The position numbers were made by a program, and so were the translations under genes. A stretch of DNA of 48,908 nt, the filler included, from Catajapyx aquilonaris (lineage: Eukaryota): assembly GCA_000934665.2 (NCBI GenBank). It is 3 parts of 3 records of this genome, joined end to end, with 100 filler letters (N's around TTAATTAATTAA, not from the genome) between each part and the next. Parts side by side here need not be neighbours in the genome. Positions count along the whole stretch, not along the records: positions 1 to 16,235 come from JYFJ02007252.1; positions 16,336 to 32,553 come from JYFJ02007253.1; 1 more part is not named here. One strand, given 5' to 3'. A model generated the notes under the pieces. It saw only the letters and a list, made by a program, of their open reading frames with translations, did no database searches and was not told where the DNA came from. Positions 12,901-22,200 of the stretch are shown piece after piece; position 1 is the first letter of the stretch; every line of letters starts with the position of its first letter.

Positions 12901-14987
12901 GGGAAGTTTCATATAAGACTGGCAAACCTTTAGAGTGAATTAACCTGTGGTGGTTCACTTTATGTCGAGGTGCAGTAGAGGCACTCACACATAGTTTTGG
13001 ACATGAGCAGCTGCACATGGTTGTATGCAAACCTTTCAGGATATTGGGGGTCGAAATATTAAGATGCAAAGGTGCAATTTGCATTCCGCAGTATATTGTT
13101 ATCTTCACTCCAAACTGAGCCTTGGATTGCCATGTTTGCACTCCAGTGGGTCCTGCTCTTTAATTTGGCTAAACACAACAATTAGAAATTATGCACTCCA
13201 AGTAAGTAATTTGCATTCCAAATGAAATTCTGGAGTGCAAAGGTTGCACCTGGACAAAACTAAGATTCGACCCCTGGGATATGCTACACTTCATGATAAA
13301 TATCTTGGTAATATTATCTTGGTGCCTAAGCTGGACAGACCCTATGACACCTGCACATAAGGTGATCCACTGGTTCCAAGGAGTTCACCCTGGAAGTCTG
13401 TTGAACTCATCGCGCAACACCCTGTATATCTTTCTTTTTGTATTTCTGTCTTTAGATTGGTGACATGGTTCGCCTGAACTCGTTCCGGCGAGGAACTGAC
13501 ACTCTAACCAGTGAGATCAAGCCCTACTGCATGGACAGTGACCATTTGGTCCAGGTGGTGCACCATCGCTTGGTGGTGACCACATGCAATTCATCAGGGA
13601 CCATCTACACTTTGGGCCTTACGTATGGCCACTTTACACATGTGTTCATAGATGAGGCAGGGTATGCCAGTGAGCCTGAGGCATTGGTGCCAATTGGCCT
13701 TATGTCCAACAGTCCTGGAGAAGCACAGGTTGTCCTGGCAGGAGACCCCAAACAGCTGGGGCCTGTCCTCACCAGTCACGTTGCCAAGAGGAATGGACTG
13801 GAACGCTCACTCCTTGAGAGACTTACCGAAAACCAACTGTACCGGCGGGATGATGTCAAGTTTGCCCATGATGGAAACTATGACCCATTACTTGTCACAA
13901 AACTGGTCATCAATTACAGGTACGAATGTTGTAGTGTTACTATAAAGGAACACATGTAAACTATAGTGCTTGTAAATGGCATAAATTCAGCAGCAACCAA
14001 GGGATCTGTGCCTGTCTTTCGGCGATTTATATTCTTGTTGCTGTTTCGTTAGTCATTTGCTGCTTTAAATTTTTTTAACTCCTTTCTCTGCCTTTATTTA
14101 TTTCATATGTTTAGATCGGATCCCCTCCTTCTGAAATTTCCATCGAGGATGTTTTACCACGATGAACTGATAGCACAGGCAGATCTGAGCAAGTGGGCTG
14201 ACTTGCAGAAGCTAGATATCTTCCCCACAAAGTCAGTGGCGTTGGTGTTCTGTGGTGTCAAAGGGGAGAATGAGCAGGACAAGGACAGCCCATCCTGGTA
14301 CAACAAGGCAGAGGTGTTTGAGGTGTGGCAGCATTTGCAAGTGCTCTACGATCAGGGAGGTCTGAAGCCTGAAGATGTTGGGATAATCACCCCATACAGG
14401 AAGCAGGTAAGATATTTTTCATAATAATTAGGAACAGTAGATCAATACCTACTGTAAATATACTGAGAGGGATCTCAAGTAATACATGTGATTAAAAATA
14501 GAGTAATTAATCACTTGGGTATATCAATTTTTATTTGGGTGCGCTGATATGGATTTTTATGCACGAACTTTTTCCCCTTCTTTTTCTCACTCATGGAACA
14601 TCACAGGTGGAGAAGATACGTCAATTTTTGGACATAGTAGGTACTCCAAGACCTAAAATTGGGTCAGTGGAGGAGTTCCAGGGTCAAGAGAGAGTGGCCA
14701 TTATCCTGTCAACCGTTCGATCAATGCAGGAATTGTGGAAGATGGACCAGATCTTCAATTTGGGTTTTGTAGCCAGCCCAAAGCGAATGAACGTGGCCCT
14801 AACAAGAGCTGAGGCCTGCCTGGTGGTGATTGGCAACCCTCACGTGCTGGCTCTGGACAGGGAATGGAGGGCCTTTTTGTCCTATGCTTATGAACTGGGT
14901 GCCTTCAAAGGATGTGAAATGCCAAATATTGTGATAAGTGGGCAGGACCAGGATGGAGAGAATGACATGAAGACAACAAGTCGTTAA
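3933..14987 (+). CDS. armi: MOV10L1/Armitage-like UPF1-family (SF1B) RNA helicase of the piRNA pathway; 8 coding exons, ~1158 aa
   Basis: Exons 3933-4410, 5099-6187, 6420-6780, 7816-8151, 8605-8680, 13456-13919, 14115-14406, 14607-14987. All introns are GT-AG and phase-compatible; total 3477 nt, open to the stop. Motifs: GPPGTGKT (I), TPSNSSAD (Ia), FIDEAG (II), [10 protein letters not shown] (III), [24 protein letters not shown] (V), RMNVALTRA (VI), plus the MOV10-family [15 protein letters not shown]. Two N-terminal OB-fold-like repeats ([28 protein letters not shown]) favour MOV10L1/Armi over MOV10. Confidence 0.9.
6912..7270 (+). mobile_element. tRNA-derived SINE-like element with A-rich tail in helicase intron 3
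   Basis: B-box-like GGTTCAATCCC at ~6955 and A-rich tail at 7229-7270. Confidence 0.45.
9430..9584. mobile_element. Short MITE with GGTACTCC subrepeats
   Basis: TIR CAAGGGGGTAATCACT / AGTGATTACCCCCTTG; TAAA on both flanks; related copy at ~34655-34866. Confidence 0.6.
10411..10715. mobile_element. hAT (Charlie/Buster-like) MITE
   Basis: TIR (C)AGAGTTTCCCAAACT / AGTTTGGGAACCTCTG; 8-bp CTCTATAC on both flanks, with the central TA typical of Buster targets. Confidence 0.7.
10732..11815 (+). repeat. ~275-bp near-identical direct duplication (10732-11008 / 11540-11816)
   Basis: GAGTATAACACTATAACTGC...GGCGTGCAATC occurs twice. The first copy ends at an N (11009), so it may be an assembly artifact. 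Confidence 0.75.
11597..12864. mobile_element. Non-autonomous long-TIR element (CAC...GTG ends, possible CMC/CACTA type) with an internal AT-rich satellite
   Basis: ~200-bp TIRs (11597-11796 / 12667-12864); AT dinucleotide on both flanks; internal (ATAAT)n-like tract. Confidence 0.65.
11955..12270. repeat. AT-rich degenerate pentanucleotide satellite (ATAAT/ATATGTAAT)n
   Basis: Directly visible low-complexity repeat; it explains the spurious Y/I-rich ORFs. Confidence 0.9.
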
Positions 14988-15061
14988 ACAGGGCTTCTTA
15001 TGGTTTTAGAATGTTACGCTCTTTACATAAGTAGCTCAGCTGTTTAATTGAATGACAGGTA

Positions 15062-15202
15062 CTATCAGTGCACCAAGAATTGTCGCAGCGGCAGCGCACG
15101 AACTACAGTTACGAGCACTTCCGGGGGGAGAAGTCAATGGAGAAGTGCTCGTAGACTGTAGTTCGTGTGCTGCCGCTGCGACAATTCTTGGTGGACTGAT
15201 AG
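15062..15202. mobile_element. 141-bp palindromic TA-flanked MITE just downstream of the helicase stop codon
   Basis: ~60-bp arms CTATCAGTGCACCAAGAATTGTCGCAGCGGCAGC... / ...GCTGCCGCTGCGACAATTCTTGGTGGACTGATAG; TA on both sides. Confidence 0.8.
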
Positions 15203-16235
15203 TACTATTAGTAATTTGGGCAGTGGCTAGTTTTTTATATGATTTTTGATAATATGAGCAAATAATTGAAGGGGTCGGTGAGAGATAATCGTAAGCCACA
15301 CAAAGTTGTTTTTGAGAAAAACGCATTTGAAACTTTGATCAAATCTATAAATCAGAATCCTTTAAATGTATGACTTTTTTGAGTGCCAATTACATGTTGA
15401 TGTCGTTTTTTACTCGTATGATGTTTCAAAAGTTGCTAACTTTATGATTTCGCATTGTAATGATTTCTTTTTTGGAGCTATGTTTCACTATCAGTCAAAA
15501 TACAGATTAGCTTACGATTGGCTTACGACTATATCAACCTGTATTTTGAAGTAAAAGTAAAGGAGCATTGGTTTTCAGCATTATTATTTTTTAATGAAAA
15601 ATATATCATCTTAGGCTATATGGGGAAAGTCTTTTTATTATGATTAAAGCAACAAAATATGTATGCAACAGAGCAACAAAATATGCAACAAAGCATTTCC
15701 GTATCACTGTGCTGAAATAATAATATTAATTTTCCTCAAATCGTCCGTCTTCGCTTTCCTCCTCCCATTCGACGTCTTCGACATTCTTTTCTTCCCCAGT
15801 GAATGGTATCGAGGATAACGACAAAAAGAAATCCTGACTTGCACTTGGAATGTATTTCATCAAAGCTTGTATGTCATTTAGCTTCGGCCCTTTTCCATGA
15901 TGATTGGTTTATCTTGCGTTTTCGTGACTTTGTTGGTTTAGCAGGTGATGGCTCGTTGCATCTGACAACAACATTGTCTCTCTGAAAATCAACAGGAAAC
16001 AAAACTAATATAGCCTAATGTTCAATACCTTACTGTTGTATAATTTTAATTCATATCATAATGTCAGTAATGTGTCTTTATAAGGGATGATTACTTAGAG
16101 AAAGTAAAAACAAAAGAATATATATATATATATATATATTTTTTCCTGTACCCCGTTATCTGGCCGATAGGCCATTTCTAGGGGGGTGGGTTACCACCAT
16201 CTGTGGTTTTGGAGCGATACATATACGTATATCTT

Positions 16236-16335
16236 NNNNNNNNNNNNNNNNNNNNNNNNNNNNNNNNNNNNNNNNNNNNTTAATTAATTAANNNNNNNNN
16301 NNNNNNNNNNNNNNNNNNNNNNNNNNNNNNNNNNN
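16236..16335. other. Artificial contig spacer N44-TTAATTAATTAA-N44
   Basis: Exactly 100 bp; the central 12-mer places stop codons in all six frames. Confidence 0.95.
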
Positions 16336-16904
16336 GTAGGCCCTGGCGGGGACGTGTAGCGCCGAAGGCGCGCCAATTGGGGCGCAGCCCCAAGGGGGGG
16401 TGTGGGGGGGCGGAGCCCCCCCGCCTCGCAAACCGAGTATGTAGTATAATTATGCTCCCTGGCGAAGGTGTGTGTACTACTATATCGCTCGAAGACACAG
16501 TTTATGCTCCTCGACTGATGTGATTGCAGCTCATAGTTGCGTTGCCTCCTTTTGAAACATCCGCGTTTGACTGAGCAGGCTGAGGATGTTCCACATTCGA
16601 CATTCGATATTGGAAATCAAGCGCATGCGCACTTCCTTTATTAGCTCTTCTCTTATGGAATCGTGTGGAAGCCTCTGCTCGTTCTATTTTCAGATCCAGT
16701 TTTTCTCCTTCTAAAACCAGTTTCATCACCGAATTCGAGGAAGGCGACTGCAGGTAATGAGTGGTGAAGATTGGTAGATGTAGGTACAGTAAGAGTAAGG
16801 TGAAAATCATGCTTATTTGCACTTGAAATCCGGGTTTTATTGCCAGGCCTAGACCTTCTGGAGGCCATAACAAGAAGGGTGGATCTTGGCCATAATTCCA
16901 TGTA

Positions 16905-17183
16905 ACATGAGGTTGTATGAGGTCCCGGCTGGTTCGCCAGCGACGGTACTCTCTTCCTCGAGCGGTCCTCGGACCTGACTCGCATTTCTTGGTTGGACGG
17001 GGTGCTTGGGAGAATATCCCACCCCCGTCCCTGGGTTGGACCCGGCATTGCAGTACAGCCGGGGCCAGCCCTCCTCTCCCCCACCCTTCTCACCCACCCC
17101 CTACCTAGCAATCCCACACCTTCCTCTCCTACCCCAGCTGCCATACAAGCTGGGTAACCCTTCCAAACCAACCAACCAACCAA
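16905..17183 (+). mobile_element. Retroposed element (SINE or LINE 3' end) with (CCAA)n tail
   Basis: 14-bp perfect TSD CATAATTCCATGTA at 16891-16904 and 17184-17197; 3' tail of CCAA repeats. Confidence 0.8.
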
Positions 17184-18089
17184 CATAATTCCATGTACAA
17201 AGGAAAAGACACAGGCTGTGTCCTGACATTATGTGTCCAGTTGCCAGACAATGGTTGTTGTTTGGCTTTTGATGTAGGAACAGACTGAGCAGTTGCTCAG
17301 TTCTGTAGCTCTGTATTAACCTTTAACTACTACAATTGACTCCAGATATTACAGCCTCAGCTATAACAGGCTGGTCCTGCAAACTTCCATACGGCCCTGT
17401 GTATATTTTTACCCCTGACATAACAGACTCATTTTCATCTGACATCGGCTATGACAGACCATTAATTTCTTGGCCACTCGGTGGGAAAATATGCTGCTTT
17501 TGATTATCATTTCCCATTCCAGGAACACACTGCATAATACGGAGCGGGGGTGATTTTCTCAACCTGCCACTGATTTGCAGGAAAGGCAAAACAGAAGGGA
17601 TATCATATTTCTGTTCGATGATGGTTTCAAACGCAACCAATCCACTTCTATACATTCATTTAAAGGGACACTCCACTCAAAATACAAGTTGTGCTCTAAA
17701 AATCGGGCAAGGAATCCTGATTCCGAGGGTATAAGCAATTTTTCTGAGAGACGAACGGTAAGGCCAGGGCGAGAGGTCAGATTCGTAAAATAATAGTCTC
17801 CCGCCAGCGAGTGGAGACGCCTGGTAGCCACACGAACCCCTCGTGGCGGCCAGACGGATCACCACACATAAGTAGCTATTTTCTAGCACTACTAGCAGCT
17901 ACAAGTAACAGCTATTGACAAGTCTCTCGCCTAGGCTACACCTAATTGTCTAACAACAAAATGACTAATGTTGTAGCCTCGCAGACACCAATAGTGCTTC
18001 ATATGGGAATTAGTCATTGAAATAGAGCCATCTTCTGGGCCCTAACACATATTAGCTGCTATTCTGAAAAGCGTCGCGGTTATTCTAAG

Positions 18090-19057
18090 ATGGCGCAGCC
18101 CAGTGATTCTGTTCCGGGACGGAGTGTCATGGAAATGAGTGCGGCTCTTGGCTCTGCTGCTGCGATGGAGGGTGCCCAGGATGGACATGGCCAGGAGAGA
18201 CCAGGCGGCCCCCAATCCACTGCGCATGGCCTCCTACCCTATCAGTTGGAGCCATGCGAAGACGGGACCGTGGCCCCGTATCAGTCCACTGCTGGTGCGG
18301 ATCATCAACTGTTGTCGGCGATGATGAGTTCGTTGGGCGGCACCCGTACATGCCGTACTTCGAACGATGATTATGACGAGGAAGACGAGGACGATGAAGA
18401 CGATGAGGGCGATGAGGACGATGAGGACGACGAGGACCAGGACCACGAGGACGACGGTGGCCATGAAGTGGAGGAGGACATGGCTGACACAGCAGCAACA
18501 CCACCCCCACACAGACTGCAGCAACCTGTGCAAGAATGGTGCCATTGTGGCCAGTGCGTCACAATGGACACAGAAATTGAGTGTGTTTGCTGCACAGAGT
18601 GGACAGGTGAAAGTGTGTATCCAAACACATATTTCTGAAATAAAATTTTGGGTGCATTACTTATGAGTTTTTCTTTATACTAGCGTCGTGTGTGGTCAGT
18701 GATGGAGATTTCCAATTACTCTGTCTTAACCAACGTGTGCTTCAGCAAACCTTGCTGTGCGCTCAGGGGGAGACTGGACAAACCCATTTACAAACGACGT
18801 TTGAAAACCGGTAATACACAAATTAGGCATGCAATTAGCAATTCCTGGTGGGAAATGAACTCATTTGTGAAATTTCCTTCCTCAGTGGGTACAGGCATTC
18901 CTCATACAGACAGTTTACTGTCATGATGCATGGTCGTCTTGGCCGTCACATCAGACGGGTAATACCAGCCTGTGTCGTGAAAACAGTGAGGGAACACTAC
19001 CCAGAGGTGGACAAGGTGTACACTGAATTTAAGCGAGCAAGGGATGAACAGGAATAA
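18090..19057 (+). CDS. KolX accessory protein with P2X7 cytoplasmic-ballast-like domain; 3 exons, ~271 aa
   Basis: Exons 18090-18606, 18684-18810, 18886-19057 (GT-AG, 816 nt, open). Acidic D/E tract, then WCHCGQC...ECVCC...SCVVSDGDFQLLCLNQRVL...YRHSSYRQF...GRLGRHIRRVIPACVVKTVREHYP...YTEFK, matching the P2X7 C-terminal pattern. AATAAA overlaps the stop. The start could instead be a later ATG. Confidence 0.85.
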
Positions 19058-19213
19058 AGAACAGTCACTATATATACTATATCATAATTTTATTAAAAAT
19101 GAAACAATGACTTTAGGAATAACACGGGCATTCATAACCAAGAATGTAACATACAATATTTACACCTGACATGTGACAGAAGCGAGCAAGGCCAAAGGAT
19201 GAAAAGGCAAATT

Positions 19214-22200
19214 TTAGTGCTGAAAGCGACTCAAGTTCCTTTTCAAGAGCTCCTCCATTGGCGGCTTCTTCACCGCAGAAATGTTTGGGGGAATTTCAGG
19301 GAGTGATGGCAATGGTGATGTAGGATAATGATGACAAATTTCCTGTACCAAATCCTTCCTGAATTTTTTGGTTGTAGGTTCAAATACAGACCTTGCCACC
19401 CAGTGCTTCTTTCCCTTCAAGTACACCGGCCTGGATAGGACTTGTCCGGTACTGTCTGTCTTTTTTCCTCTCCCAACATTTGAGTTGTGGTCCATGGCAG
19501 CCACAATGGACCGGACGACCATGCCTGTTATCACATGACGTAAAGCATATTGATATATACAGGGTGTTTACGACCTAACTTTACAAACTTCTAGGGGTGA
19601 TAAAGGGGACCAAGACAAACATTTTTGACATAGGAACCCGTGTCCGGAAACGCCATCTAGAGGGGGTTCATAGACGAGGAACGGGTGCGCTCAGACGCGT
19701 CACGCAAGAGGCGCTAGTCGAGCGGACTGTTTTGTTCATAGATGGCGCTCGGATAGTAACCAACGATGCGATGTGCCATAACGTGGCAACAGCAGAGCCA
19801 TCTAGCAACTAAAGTCCGCCTCCTAGGAGACGCGCGGATAGTCAACAGCGGTTCTGTTGTTGCCAGGTTATGGCGTATCGTGTTGTTGTTTACTTACAAC
19901 GACGCGATACGCCATAACCTGGCAACAACTGCGCGCCATCTATCAACAAAACAGTCCGCTACACTTGCGCCTCTCGCGTGACGCGTCTGAGCGCACTCGT
20001 TCCTCGTCTATGAACCCCCTCTAGATGGCGTTTCCGGACACGGGTTCCTATGTCAAAAATGTTTGTCTTGGTCCCCTCTATTACCCCTGGAAGTTTGTAA
20101 AGTTAGGTCGTAAACACCCTGTATATTATTTAGTGAGTTGTAGGTTGTGAACACATACCTGTGTAGCTGAAATGTTGCCGCTTTGGACAATATTTGGTTA
20201 GGAGGCTGTGGTACCCCTCCAAGCTACCAGTATGACAAAAAAGAGTCAAATTTGCCAATGCCCGAGACAAAGATGGACCTTGCACCACAGCAACCAAGGC
20301 ATTATATGCAGGTGACCCTTTTTTTAACAAGGCCCGTTTCTTGGAGGCATAGTTGGGCTCATGGATGCAGTGGTGGAAGCGGGTATTGCCGTGCCATTCA
20401 TGAACACCAATAATATGGCACAACAATGACTCCCACCTCTCCCTGGAAGAAGCGGGGACATTGTAATTGCTTTTCTTGATTGAGTACATGCACAACCAAT
20501 ATTATTCCATCATACTTCAGTTCCACTGCATTCCCTTCACATGTGGCGCTACTCCACCACAGGTGGAGGCCAATGGATGAAATCCATGGGGCAAGATCTT
20601 TATTCCCTCGTTTGCGTGCTACTGTGCTAAGCTTCTTGGTCACGTTTTTTGCAACATGCCAAATATCAAACTGGTGCTGTACTTTGGGGTACTGTGTTCT
20701 CATCAGTTTTGATATCTGGACATGGCGGTCTGTAACCAGGGTCTTCACTTGAATTCCTGCATCAAGGATTCTGTTAAAGACAGTTACAAAACCCACCTTT
20801 TCTAGCTGATTGGCCGAAGTCGTGCCCCCCTGAAAATGGAATAATATCTGAAATAAATATTGCTTGGATAAAGACTGAAATGCATGTACTGTACATACCT
20901 GACCAACCTGCACCACTTCAAAGTCAATGACTTTGTCATTTGTGGCATTCATGATGGTATATGTGCAATATTTTGCACTGTGGCCTGGGGAGTCGCATCG
21001 GCCATCACCAGCCAGAATTACTGGCTCAGAAGCCTCCTTTAATTCCTGGAACATCATCTCCCTCTCATTTGTCCATCTGTTTAGCAATGCAGGATAGATG
21101 TATTCTTTTTGCACCTTGTAGAAAAGACTTTCACTTGCATGTGGCACTTCCAGTGTTTGCAGCAGTTCATGGACTCGCATGTACGTCAGCCCACTCACAA
21201 CAACACTTGCAGGAAGGATGATATTCCCCAATGCTGGAGAATGTTCATGATCAGTGAGTTTCTGGTCACTCTCCCATTTTACTTGGTGGCCAGTTAAGCA
21301 TTCCATGGTGACTGTCAACTTGCTGCCATGTGTAATCGGTTCCTTTTCCAAAACAGGGTTGCCGCACTGGATGCACTTAGAGAATAACAGGTCTAATTGC
21401 TTCTCATGAACCAGATAGAAGGGACCCCTTCTGCTACTGGGTTGTGTTATGGAGCCTTCTAAAGTTGGGTCATTCAGAGTGGAACAGGTCTCAGAAGTTG
21501 CTGTTGTTTCATATGAGGAGTCACGAGGCTCACCTTCATGTTGTGAGATAGTACTGATATCGAGACTTGAACCTGTGGCCAATGTAAGGAGATTTAATCA
21601 GTATTTGTATGTAGCAAGTAACACATTCAAAAATTACTACTTCATTCAAGGGAATAGAGTTACATGTCAGTAGGTGAAAAGGATTATAATTTTTTGATTG
21701 CTTCATTCTGGGAACTCATATTGCATTGCCTCAAAATGTATTGCTTGCTTGCTTGCTTGCTTGCAATCCATTAGTATATCTCACCTGGGTCAGGCTTTCG
21801 TTTGCGTTTAGGAGTAGATGTCAAAGGTCCCTCCTCAAGCTGGATTTCATGAAGAGGGACTCCTCTTTCCATGCAAAGAGGAATGTCCGTTTGACTTGCC
21901 TGATTCACTTGCTCCTTTATGTCCATGTGACACTGTACATAGGCATTTGTCATGGCAGGCTGACTTGCCACTTGCAAGCCTGACTGGAAGGAGCAAAAAA
22001 AAAATAATGCGTGATTCAAAGTGCATTTCATGTAATGTACTGGTACACAGTGCCATGTCCTACCTACCCCAGCATTTATAGTACTGCTGTTACATAATGC
22101 GTCCTGGAGGTGCCTGTTGCATTGCACATGGACATCCTAAAAGGTGTGCAAGAAGAAAGCAAAATCAAGTGTTGTTATAACAACATAAGGATGATACAGG

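Noticed and set aside
18090..19057. A true P2X7 purinoceptor gene
   Set aside because: Only the ballast-like domain is present, with no transmembrane helices or ectodomain, and it lies inside the transposon TIRs.
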